Below are positions 9,191 through 18,239 of a stretch of DNA of 64,000 nucleotides, piece after piece. A model generated the notes under the pieces. The model was not told where the DNA came from, searched no databases, and saw nothing but the letters and a program-made list of their open reading frames with translations. Source of the DNA: an uncultured Chloroflexia bacterium (GTDB taxonomy: Bacteria; Chloroflexota; Limnocylindria; Limnocylindrales; CSP1-4); contig CAVPPB010000003.1 of the NCBI GenBank assembly GCA_963707215.1, forward strand, positions 1,408,001-1,472,000, read 5' to 3'. The position numbers and the translations under genes were made by a program. Positions within the stretch are counted from its first letter, which is position 1. Every line of letters begins with the position of its first letter.

Positions 9191-11156
9191 CCCCCCGCTC
9201 GCCGCTCCCGGACCGGATCCTCATCCCGGTCGCCAACCCGGCCACCGCCGAGGAGCTCATCAAGCTCGGCGCCGCGCTGCTCGACCCGCGCGGCGGGGAG
9301 CTGACCGCCCTGGGCATCGTCGAGGTGCCCGAGGGGATGCCGCTGTCGGAGGGAGCGACCCGGGCCCGCCACGCCCGCCGCCTGCTCCAGCGGGTCCTCG
9401 ACTTCGCCCCCGAGGGGACGCCGATCCACCCGATCGTCCGGATCGGCCGGCACGCTGCCGAGGGCATCATCGAGGCCTCGGCCGAGCAGGAGACGGACGT
9501 CATCATCTTCGGCTGGGGCGGGCGCTCGTCGGGTCGCGACGGGCGCGAGCGCAAGGGCCGCGACGGCGCTCCGTCGGTCATCAGCCCGACGATCGACGAG
9601 GTCGTCCGGGAGGCGCCCTGCGACGTCGCCGTCGTCAAGCAGCGTGGCAACCTCGCCATCCGGCGGATCCTCGTCCCGGTCCGTGGCGGTCCCCACGCCG
9701 AGCTGGCCCTGCGCTTCGCGGCGACCATCGGCGAGCGTCACGGCGCCGAGGTGCGGGTCCTCCACCTGCTGCCGTCCGGGGTCACCCAGGCGATCCGGGC
9801 CCAGGCCGAGCGCGCCCTGCAGGCCTTCGTCAAGCAGAACGTGACCGTGTCGGTCGAGACGATCCTGCGCGAGACCACGAACGTCCGGACGACGATCCTG
9901 CGCGAGGCGGAGAAGGTCGACATCGTCGTCATGGGCGCCTCGGCGGTGCCGGGCGGCGACGAGGGCGGGCAGCTCTTCGGGGCGCTCCCGGAGTCGATCG
10001 CCCTGCGCGCCAAGCCGACCGTCGTCGTCGTCAAGACCCGCGAGCCCATCGGCCGGGCGACCTTCGACCAGCTGGCCCAGAAGGCCGAGTCCCTGGCCGC
10101 CGCCGATCGGGCAGCCGAGGAGGCCCGGGCCGTCCCGCTCCGGGTCGAGCGCTGGTTCGCCGAGTCGAACTTCCACCACGCCGAGTTCCAGGATCTCGCT
10201 CGCCTGGTCCAGCTCAAGCAGCAGCAGAAGCTCACCGTCAGCCTCGTCCTGCCGACCCTCGACGAGGAGGAGACCATCGGGGCCGATCGTCCGCCGTGCC
10301 AAGCGCGACCTGGTCGAGCGGTTCCCGCTCGTCGACGAGCTCCTCGTCATCGACTCGGCATCGAGTGACCGGACCCGCGCCATCGCCGAGGAGGAGGGTG
10401 CCCGGGTCGTCGTCCACCAGGAGGTCCTGGCGCGCTACGGCTCGTACCGCGGCAAGGGCGAGGCCCTCTGGAAGTCGCTCTACGAGACGACCGGCGACCT
10501 CATCGTCTGGGCCGACACGGACGTCCGGAACTGGCACCCGCGGATGGTCTACGGGACCCTCGGCCCGCTCCTCCACGAGCCGCGCCTCCAGTACGTCAAG
10601 GGCTACTACCAGCGGCCCATCGTCGAGGGCGGGATGCTCAAGGAGGGTGGCGGCGGCCGGGTCACCGAGCTGGTCGCGCGGCCCGCTCATCAACCTCTTC
10701 TTCCCCGAGCTGTCGGGCTTGATCCAGCCGCTGTCGGGGGAGTACGCCGGGCGGCGCGCGCTGCTGGAGCAGATCCCCTTCTTCACCGGCTACGCGGTCG
10801 AGATCGGGCACCTCATCGACATCTCGGAGCGGGTCGGCATCGAGCACCTCGGTCAGGTCGACCTGGAGCGCCGCGTCCACCGCAACCAGGAGCTCGAGGG
10901 CCTCTCGCGGATGAGCTTCGTGATCATGCAGGCGATCATGAAGCGGCTCGAGGAGCGCCGGCGGGTCCGCCTGTTCGCCGAGCTCGGCTCGACGATGAAG
11001 CTGCCGCGCTCGGGCAAGGGCCGGCTGGGCCTCGAGGTCCTCGAGATCGCCGACCACGAGCGCCCGCCGATGATCCGCATCCCCGAGTACCTGGAGCGCC
11101 GCACCGCGGCCGAGGCCGAGCTCACCCCGCTGGCGCTCGAGCCCACGGTCGAGTGA
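9187..11156 (+). CDS. gpgS: Tandem universal-stress-protein domains fused to glucosyl-3-phosphoglycerate synthase (frameshifts near 10280 and 10683)
   Basis: USP motifs RILIPVANP, RRILVPVRGGPHA, APCDVAVVK. GpgS motifs VLPTLDEEETIG, GKGEALWKSL, VKGYYQRP, GGGRVTELVARP, QPLSGEYAGRR, GYAVEIG, RVHRNQ. Confidence 0.82.
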
Positions 11157-12512
11157 CCTCGACGCCTCCCCCGGTCGACGACCCCGGGCGGCCGCTCACC
11201 GTCGTCGTCGCGCCCGGATTCGTTCAAGGGCTCGCTCACCTCGGTCGAGGTCGCCCGGGCCATCGCGACCGGCTGGTCCCGCGCCCGTCCCGGACGACCG
11301 GGTCGAGACGATCCCCCTGGCCGACGGCGGCGAGGGCACGCTGGCCGCCATCGAGGCGTCCGGCGGCTGGGAGTGGCGGGAGGTCGAGGCGACGGACCCG
11401 ATCGGCCGACCCGTCCGGGCCCGCTGGCTGCGGCGATCGGATGGCGGGGCCGCCGCGGTGGAGCTGGCCGAGGCGTCGGGGATCTCGCGGTTGACGACCG
11501 ACGAGCGCGACCCGGCCGGGGCCACGACCCTCGGCACCGGCGAGGTCCTGCGCGCGGTCCTCGACGCCGGGGTCCGCCACGTCGTGCTGGGGATCGGCGG
11601 CAGCGCTACGACCGACGGGGCGGCCGGGTTGCTCCGCGCGCTGGGGGCGACGGTCGAGCTGGGAGAGGCGGCCCGACCGGCCAGACCTGCCCGGGCTGCT
11701 GGCGACCCGGCGGCTGGCGACCCGGCTCTCGCCGCGGATCCCGGGTCGCCCACCGCGGATCCCGGGTCGCCCACCGCGGATCCCGGGACGCCCACCGCGG
11801 ATCCCGGGACGCCCACCGCGCCCCGCGTCGATCTCTCGGGCCTCGATCCCCGCCTCGCCGAGGTCGAGCTGCGGATCGCCTGCGACGTCACCAACCCGCT
11901 CCTCGGGCCGGACGGCGCGGCCGCCACCTACGGACCCGCAGAAGGGCGCGAGGCCCGATGACGTCGCGGCGCTCGACGCCCGGCTGGCGCGCTACGCCGA
12001 CGCGCTCGAGGCCGAGACCGACCGCAGCGAGCGGGACACTCCCGGCGCGGGCGCGGCGGGCGGTGTCGGGTTCGGGCTGCTCTGCCTGCGCGACCGCTTC
12101 GCCTCGCTCGAGCTGGTGCCCGGCGTCGACCTCGTCATGGAGGAGACCGGGCTGGCCGCTCGGCTGCGCGAGGCCGACCTCGTCATCACCGGCGAGGGCC
12201 GCGTCGACGCCCAGACGGCCTTCGGCAAGACGGCCCTCGGGGTCGCCCGACGGGCCCATGCGGCCGGCAGTCCCCTGCATCGTCGTCGGCGGCGGGGTGA
12301 CGCCTGACGGGATCCACGCGCTCGGCGACCTCGGGGCGGTCGTCGTCCCGGTCAGCGAGGGTCCGGGCTCGGTGGAGGCCGCCATGTCGGCAGGCCCCGG
12401 CCCGGTCGAGCGCTGCGGCGAACGGATCGCCCGACTCGTCTCGCTGGGCCGCGCGGCTGGGCTGAGCGTCTCGGTCACATGGCCCCGGACCCGAAGCGTG
12501 GTGGTTGACTAA
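11153..12512 (+). CDS. Glycerate kinase, class I GlxK/GarK family (several frameshifts)
   Basis: Across frames: VVAPDSFKGSL, PLADGGEGT, ELAEASG, IGGSATTDG, ACDVTNPLLGPDGAAATYGPQKG, GAGAAGG, VITGEGRVDAQTAFGK. Confidence 0.88.
11732..11820 (+). repeat. 21-bp tandem repeat x4 in glycerate kinase (ADPGSPT/ADPGTPT)
   Basis: Unit ccgcggatcccggg(t/a)cgccca at 11732, 11753, 11774 and 11795. Confidence 0.95.
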
Positions 12513-12534
12513 GTCACTGGACTAAGTCCAGTAT
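12505..12534 (+). promoter_or_regulatory. VapBC promoter/operator with two tandem palindromes
   Basis: TGACT-A-AGTCA (12506-12516) and ACTGGACT-A-AGTCCAGT (12516-12532). They overlap a TTGACT hexamer directly upstream of the antitoxin ATG. Confidence 0.75.
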
Positions 12535-12540
12535 CCCAGC

Positions 12541-12768
12541 ATGACGACCGTCAACGTGCACGACGCCAAGACCCACTTCTCCGAGTTGCTGGCGCGCGTT
12601 CGACGAGGCGAGCGGATCGTCATCGCTCGGGCCGGGAAGCCCATCGCGATGCTCACGCCGCTGGATGAACCACGCGAGCGCCGGCGACCCGGGATGGATC
12701 GCGGTCGACTGGCCATCGGCGCCGACTTCGACGAACCGCTGCCGGGGTTCGAGGAACTGGGAGGTTGA
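12541..12768 (+). CDS. Phd/YefM-family antitoxin
   Basis: VNVHDAKTHFSELLARVRRGERIVIARAGKPIAML. Confidence 0.93.
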   Translation: MTTVNVHDAKTHFSELLARVRRGERIVIARAGKPIAMLTPLDEPRERRRPGMDRGRLAIGADFDEPLPGFEELGG

Positions 12769-13151
12769 GGCTCCTCCTCGACACCCACTCCTACCTGTGG
12801 TGGACGATCGACGATCGCCGGCTGTCCGAACGGGCGCGGTCGGTCATCGAGGACGGCCGCAACGAGATCCTCGTGAGCGTCGCGTCCGCCTGGGAGCTCG
12901 CGATCAAGGCGACCCTTGGACGGATCACGACGCCAGAGCCGATCGATGACTTCCTCCCGGACAGCCTCGTTCGGAACGGGTTCCGGCCCCTCGCGATCGA
13001 GCTGCCTCACGCGCTCCGGGTCTCGCGTCTACCGATGATCCACGGTGATCCCTTCGATCGCCTGCTGATCGCCCAGGCATTGGTCGAGGACGTCCCGATC
13101 GTCACCTCCGACCCCGCGATCACCAGGTACGACGTGGAGACCATCTGGTGA
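12765..13151 (+). CDS. vapC: VapC PIN-domain toxin
   Basis: LLLDTH, SVASAWELAIK, HGDPFDRLLIAQA, IVTSD; TTG start overlapping the antitoxin stop. Confidence 0.93.
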   Translation: MRLLLDTHSYLWWTIDDRRLSERARSVIEDGRNEILVSVASAWELAIKATLGRITTPEPIDDFLPDSLVRNGFRPLAIELPHALRVSRLPMIHGDPFDRLLIAQALVEDVPIVTSDPAITRYDVETIW

Positions 13152-14020
13152 CCGAGAGCACGGAGCGTCGGACGCCTCGCTCGCGATCGACCCGAACGGG
13201 CAGGACCCGGTCTGCGCCTGCGAAGCGCCGAGCCCGCAAGCCGGCCGACCCCGGCAAGGCCTGGGCGAAGCGGCTCGAGCGGACCCGGCCCGGCCTGCTC
13301 GATGACACGCTGGCGGCGCTGGCGACCGTCCACGGCACGCCGACCTGGGAGCGCCGTCTCGACCCCACGAGCGAGCTGGTCCTGACGATCCTCTCGCAGA
13401 ACAGCGCCGACGTGAACGCCGAGAAGGCCTTCGAGTCGCTCCGGGCCGCCTACCCGTCCGACCGCCCGGCCGAGGAGCACAAGCCGGGCAAGGGCTGGGG
13501 CGGGGCCGGCCTGTCGACGGCGGCGCCGCCCGACTGGACGGCCGTCGAGAACGCCCCGCTGCCCGAGCTGGTCGAGGTCATCCGACCCGGCGGTCTCGCC
13601 CCCCAGAAGGCGCCCCGGATCCAGGCTGCGCTGCGGACCATCCGCGAGGCGCGGGGCGACCACTCGCTCGAGTTCCTGGCCGGGCTGCCGCCGCTGGAGG
13701 CCCGGGCCTGGCTCACCGCGATCGACGGGATCGGCAAGAAGACCGCCTCGGTGCTGCTGCTCTTCTGCTTCGGGACGCCGCTCATGCCGGTGGACCGCCA
13801 CGTCGAGCGGGTCTCGCACCGGATCGGCCTCATCCCGCCCAAGGCCGGAGCCGACGAGGCCCACGACCTCTACCTGGCGATGCTCCCCGGCGACCGGATG
13901 TACGAGACCCACGTCAACCTGATCCGCCATGGCCGGGTCACCTGCCACGCCCGCCGCCCGGCCTGCGACGCCTGCCCCATCCGGTCCCGCTGCCGCTTCT
14001 TCGACCGCAAGGCCCCGTAG
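13148..14020 (+). CDS. Endonuclease III-family HhH-GPD DNA glycosylase with 4Fe-4S cluster
   Basis: LVLTILSQN, GIGKKTA, PVDRHVERV, CHARRPACDACPIRSRC. Confidence 0.9.
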   Translation: MTESTERRTPRSRSTRTGRTRSAPAKRRARKPADPGKAWAKRLERTRPGLLDDTLAALATVHGTPTWERRLDPTSELVLTILSQNSADVNAEKAFESLRAAYPSDRPAEEHKPGKGWGGAGLSTAAPPDWTAVENAPLPELVEVIRPGGLAPQKAPRIQAALRTIREARGDHSLEFLAGLPPLEARAWLTAIDGIGKKTASVLLLFCFGTPLMPVDRHVERVSHRIGLIPPKAGADEAHDLYLAMLPGDRMYETHVNLIRHGRVTCHARRPACDACPIRSRCRFFDRKAP

Positions 14021-14061
14021 GGCCGGGGGGCGGTCGGATCGCGGACGGGAGGCGCCTCGGC

Positions 14062-14397
14062 CGCCGCCGCCGCGGCAGCCCGCGACTCGCCGCACCGGAT
14101 ATCGGCCGCTCCGATCGGATGGGCGGTCAGCGTGCATGGACGCCTGCCCACACGGTCGGCGCCGAGCGCACGTCACGCGTGCTGACCCCGCCCCGCATCG
14201 GCCTGACCGATACGGAGGCCCAGGATCGGCCGCCGCCGCGGCAGCCCGCGACTCGCCGCACCGGATATCGGCCGCTCCGATCGGATGGGCAGTCAGCGTG
14301 CATGGACGCCTGCCCACACGGTCGGCGCCGAGCGCACGTCACGCGTGCTGACCCCGCCCCGCATCGGCCTGACCGATACGGAGGCCCAGGATCGGCC
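14062..14397 (+). repeat. 166-bp near-perfect tandem duplication, each unit carrying one 117-bp palindromic-ended element
   Basis: Matching sequence at a 166-bp offset (14072 vs 14238; 14215 vs 14381). One substitution seen: gggcggtcag vs gggcagtcag. Confidence 0.95.
14098..14214 (+). repeat. 117-bp REPIN-like element, copy 1 (copy 2 at 14264-14380)
   Basis: GATATCGG-ccgct-CCGAT at the left end and ATCGG-cctga-CCGATACG at the right end. TCAG and CTGA lie 30 nt from each end. Confidence 0.8.
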
Positions 14398-14501
14398 ACT
14401 GCGGTGACCACACGGCATCGAGCGGAGTGCGCGAGCCTCGACGCGCCCGCCGCCAACGGCCCGTGGAGCGGCAGCGAAGCCCCGCACCGTAGAACGTCTC
14501 C

Positions 14502-15350
14502 GTGACGACGATCGAGCTGGACCCACGAGCAATCGGGCGGGCGATCAGGCACCTCCGGCGCACGGTCGGGTGGACCCAGGCCGAGCTCGCTCGACGGGCC
14601 GGCTCGTCCCAGGCTGCGATCTCGGACATCGAGCGCGGCAGGACCGGTCAGCTGGCATGTCGGACCGCCGCGAGGACGCTCGAGGCCCTGGGAGCGCGGG
14701 TGCTCCTGGCCGTGGATGCACCGTTCCTGGCCGACCGCGAGCACCAGCGGGACGCTGCCCATGCGAGGTGTGTCGCCTACACCGCCGGACGACTCGAACG
14801 GGCAGGCTGGGATGTCGCGACCGAGGTCGCCATCGGACGAGGCCGACCACGAGGCTGGATCGACGTCATGGGCCACCACCCGCAGACCGGCCTGGTCCTG
14901 GTGATCGAGATCAAGACGGAGCTGCACGACCTTGGTGCGGTCGACCGCCAGCTGCAGCGATACGAGGGGGTCGCCTGGGCCGCAGCCCGCGAGCGCGGGT
15001 GGCGGCCGAGAGGGGTGGCGGGTGCCCTGCTCGCGCTGGCCACGGATGCGGTCGACGAACGCGCCCGCGCGAACCGCGAGCTCTTGCGGCGATCGTTCCC
15101 GGGTCGCGCAGGCGAACTCGATCGCGTCATTCGTTCGGGCGGGCTCCCTCGCGATGGGCGACGGTTCATGGCCCTGATCGACCCGCTGTCGAGACGCTCG
15201 GTCTGGCTCCGACCGCTTCGAGTCGATGGCCGCCGAGCCGCCGCGCGGTACGCCGACTACGCATCGTTCATCCGGGCGCGCGCCGACCGAAGCCGCGCTG
15301 CGCGCCACGGCCGGCCGCCGGGCGGCACCGCGGGACGAGCGAGGGACTGA
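14502..15350 (+). CDS. XRE-family HTH fused to PD-(D/E)XK nuclease domain
   Basis: HTH: IRHLRRTVGWTQAELARRAGSSQAAISDIERG. Nuclease: WDVATEV...GWIDVMG...LVIEIKTEL...DRQLQRY, i.e. E...D...ExK plus QxxxY. Confidence 0.85.
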   Translation: MTTIELDPRAIGRAIRHLRRTVGWTQAELARRAGSSQAAISDIERGRTGQLACRTAARTLEALGARVLLAVDAPFLADREHQRDAAHARCVAYTAGRLERAGWDVATEVAIGRGRPRGWIDVMGHHPQTGLVLVIEIKTELHDLGAVDRQLQRYEGVAWAAARERGWRPRGVAGALLALATDAVDERARANRELLRRSFPGRAGELDRVIRSGGLPRDGRRFMALIDPLSRRSVWLRPLRVDGRRAAARYADYASFIRARADRSRAARHGRPPGGTAGRARD

Positions 15351-15442
15351 TCGCGAGCCAGCGGGACCGCCGGATCCCTGGCCTCCTCGACCGACCGCCC
15401 TGATACCGGCCGCTGCTCGCCCGCCGCGCCGCCCCGGCCGCT

Positions 15443-15499
15443 GCTCGCCCGACCGGTCGCCGCTCGCCCGACCGGTCGCCGCTCGCCCGACCGATCGCC
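15443..15499 (+). repeat. 19-bp tandem repeat x3
   Basis: gctcgcccgaccg(g/a)tcgcc at 15443, 15462 and 15481, directly abutting the 117-bp element. Confidence 0.9.
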
Positions 15500-15502
15500 G
15501 CC

Positions 15503-15619
15503 CGTATCGGCAAGGCCGATGCCCCCGAGGCTCAGCGATCGTGAACGCGGCTTGAACGAGGCCGACCTGGCGCCCGAAGGAGCACACTGATCTCGCTTGG
15601 CATCGGGCGCACCGATATC
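15503..15619 (-). repeat. 117-bp REPIN-like element, copy 3 (inverted, diverged)
   Basis: The reverse complement aligns gap-free with 14098-14214 (68/117 identical by manual count), with matches concentrated in the motifs. Confidence 0.8.
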
Positions 15620-15786
15620 GCGCGCCTCGGCGGCCCCGCCCACGCACCGGACCATCGCGGCCTGCCACCCGCACCCACCGCGCCACCCGCACCGCCCCCC
15701 TACCGCGCCTCGGCGTCCGGCCCCGCGACCCGCCCCCGCACCCGGCCGCACCCGGCCGGGCCCGCGCCCGTCCCTATACTCGGGCC

Positions 15787-16674
15787 ATGCTGACCGGCGG
15801 CCCCACCGGCACCCGCGGCCCCGGCGAGAGGCCCACCCCGCCCCGCATCCTGCTCGTCGACGACGACCCCAACCTCCTCGTCCTGCTCGCCGAGCAGCTC
15901 CGCTCCGACGGCTACGAGGTCCAGACGGCCCGCGACGGCGAGGAGGCGCTTCGCCGGCTGCGCGGTGGCTGGCCCGACCTGCTCATCGTCGACATGATGA
16001 TGCCCCGCCTCGACGGCCTCTCCCTGGCCCGCGAGATCAAGGCCCAGGCCGACCTGCCGATCATCGTCCTCTCGGCCATCGACGCCGGCGACAGCAAGGC
16101 CGACCTGCTCGAGGAGTTCGCCGAGGACTACATCACCAAGCCGTACCACTACCCGGAGCTCCGGGCGCGGGTGAACCGGGTCCTGCGGCGGCTGGGCGAC
16201 AAGGTCCCTCGGGCCAGCCTCGTCCTGGGCCCGGACCTGACCCTCGAGCTCCACCGCAAGGTCGCCATCGTCCGGGGCGAGCCCGTCCAGCTGACGCCCA
16301 CCGAGTCGCGGCTGCTCTACGCCCTGGCGGCCAACCTCGGCCAGACCGTGCCCACCGACACGCTCCTCGCCCGCGGTTGGTCGGAGGCCGAGGACGCCGA
16401 GCCGTCGTACGTCTGGGTGACGATGCGTCGGCTTCGCCGCAAGGTCGAGGTCGACCCGGATCGCCCGGTCCACCTGCTGACGGTGCGGGGGATCGGCTAC
16501 CGGCTGGTCCGGGTCGAGGACGACCGAGCCGAGGACGACCGAGCCGCCGAGCCCGAGCCCGAGCGCCAGGCCGAGTCCGAGCCCGAGCGCCAGGCCGAAC
16601 CTGAGCGCCCACCCGAGGCCCAACGCCCGACCGCCACGCCGACCACGCGCCCTACCACCGAGCCGCCCGCGTGA
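15787..16674 (+). CDS. OmpR-family response regulator with low-complexity C-terminal tail
   Basis: ILLVDDD, IVDMMMP, DYITKP, LTPTE, RLRRKVE, TVRGIGY; TATACT 6 nt upstream of the ATG. Confidence 0.92.
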   Translation: MLTGGPTGTRGPGERPTPPRILLVDDDPNLLVLLAEQLRSDGYEVQTARDGEEALRRLRGGWPDLLIVDMMMPRLDGLSLAREIKAQADLPIIVLSAIDAGDSKADLLEEFAEDYITKPYHYPELRARVNRVLRRLGDKVPRASLVLGPDLTLELHRKVAIVRGEPVQLTPTESRLLYALAANLGQTVPTDTLLARGWSEAEDAEPSYVWVTMRRLRRKVEVDPDRPVHLLTVRGIGYRLVRVEDDRAEDDRAAEPEPERQAESEPERQAEPERPPEAQRPTATPTTRPTTEPPA

Positions 16675-18134
16675 CCGAGCCGCCCATCCCCGGCGTCACC
16701 GAGCCGTCGCGGCCGACCGCCCCCGACCGACCGCCCACCGACCGCCAGCCCCTCGGGCGCCTCTCGTTCCGGGCCCGCCTCACCGTGGCCCTCGTGGCCG
16801 CCGGCGTCCTGCCCGTCGCCGGCTTCGGCCTGCTCGTCCTCCTCGCCCAGCCGCCGACCGAGGACCAGACCGTGGCCCGGCTGCTGATCTTCGCCATCGT
16901 GGTCGCGGTCGTGCTCGCGCTGCTCCTGGCGCTCCTGCTGGCCTCCGACCTGACCGCGCCCCTCCGGGCCATCGCCGGCGCCGTCGAGCGCTCGTCGGCC
17001 GGTGAGTCGGGGCCACCACTGCAGGTCACCGGCGACGACGAGGTCGCCCGCCTGGCCTCGCTCCAGAACCGCCTCGTGGAGGACCTCGACCGGCGCAACC
17101 GCGAGGTCCGCGGCGTCCTCGCCGCCCTCGCCACCCTCACCCCCGAGCAGGGTCCCCAGCGGATCGCCGACCGCGCCGGTGACGCCGCCCGATCCGCCTT
17201 CGAGCTCATCGACGCGACCGTCCTGCTCGTCGATCCCGTCGAGATCCCCGAGGAGGAAGTCATCCCCGGCGTCTCGCGCCCGGTCCGAGCCGTCCTGCGG
17301 GTCGGCGAGGAACCGCTCGGCATCCTCGTCGGCCGGCTCCAGGCGACCCGCCGGTGGGAGGCCGCCGACCAGGACCTCTTCGACCTCTACGCGACCGAGG
17401 TCGCCGTGGCGATCCGCAACGCCGAGCTGTTCGCCCGGGTCGAGAGCCAGAACGCCCGCCTCGTCGCCCTCGACGAGGCCAAGGACGACTTCCTCCGCGG
17501 CATCGGCCACAACCTCCAGACGCCGCTGACCAGGATCCGCGCCTACGCCGGGCAGCTGGCCGACGAGCGACCCGACCGCCGGCTCGAGGTCATCGGCGAG
17601 CAGGCCGAGCGCCTCTCCCGGATGGTCCGCCAGCTGCTGACCGTCTCGCGCCTGGAGTCGGGCGGGCTGCGGCCGCGGCTCGAGGTGCTCACCCTGGGGG
17701 CTCGAGTGCGGCGGGCCTGGGAGGCGCTCGGGATGGGCGACGTCCAGTTCGACCTCCACGACCGGAGCGAAGGCTGGCTGGCGATCGGCGACCCCGACCA
17801 CGTCGACCAGGTCCTCTGGGCGCTCCTCGACAACGCCGTGAAGTACGGCGGCGGGCCGATCGAGGCGACCGTCGATGCCGAGCCGGACGATGGGTGGCTG
17901 CGCCTGACCATCCGGGACGGCGGCTCCGGCGTGCCACCCGAGGCGCGCGAGGGCCTCTTCCAGCGCTACGACCGCGGCGGGCGGACCGGGACCGACGGCA
18001 GCGGGCTGGGCCTCTACGTCTCCCGAGAGCTCTGCCGGGCGATGCGCGGCGACCTGGTCCTGGAGGAAGCTCGACCGGGGCTGGGGGCGGCCTTCAGCGT
18101 GCTGCTCCCCGCAGAGCCGGCCGAGGAGAGCTGA
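16671..18134 (+). CDS. Sensor histidine kinase (2 TM, HAMP, GAF-like, HisKA, HATPase)
   Basis: GHNLQTPLT H-box, LLDNAVKY, RDGGSG, GSGLGL. Confidence 0.9.
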   Translation: MTEPPIPGVTEPSRPTAPDRPPTDRQPLGRLSFRARLTVALVAAGVLPVAGFGLLVLLAQPPTEDQTVARLLIFAIVVAVVLALLLALLLASDLTAPLRAIAGAVERSSAGESGPPLQVTGDDEVARLASLQNRLVEDLDRRNREVRGVLAALATLTPEQGPQRIADRAGDAARSAFELIDATVLLVDPVEIPEEEVIPGVSRPVRAVLRVGEEPLGILVGRLQATRRWEAADQDLFDLYATEVAVAIRNAELFARVESQNARLVALDEAKDDFLRGIGHNLQTPLTRIRAYAGQLADERPDRRLEVIGEQAERLSRMVRQLLTVSRLESGGLRPRLEVLTLGARVRRAWEALGMGDVQFDLHDRSEGWLAIGDPDHVDQVLWALLDNAVKYGGGPIEATVDAEPDDGWLRLTIRDGGSGVPPEAREGLFQRYDRGGRTGTDGSGLGLYVSRELCRAMRGDLVLEEARPGLGAAFSVLLPAEPAEES

Positions 18135-18194
18135 CCGGGGGCCGGCGGCCCCCGGCGGAGCGGCGCGACACGGCCAGAACCCCGCGAATCGAAA

Positions 18195-18220
18195 CGAGCC
18201 CCGGTACCGGCCGGGGCTCG
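18195..18220. terminator. Hairpin between convergent genes
   Basis: cgagccccgg-taccgg-ccggggctcg; followed by TTT on the minus strand. Confidence 0.6.
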
Positions 18221-18239
18221 CGTCGTTGTGGTCGGGCGG

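Noticed and set aside
6964-10368. Apparent 1134-aa glycosyltransferase-USP fusion ORF
   Set aside because: Removing one C near 9135 gives ...QWAESAAGPEGGTDLEVAPS* ending at 9190, with a GTGA overlap and a GAGGTGG ribosome site. The fusion is most likely an indel artefact.
14062-14397. CRISPR array
   Set aside because: Only two near-identical 166-bp units, no unique spacers and no cas genes.
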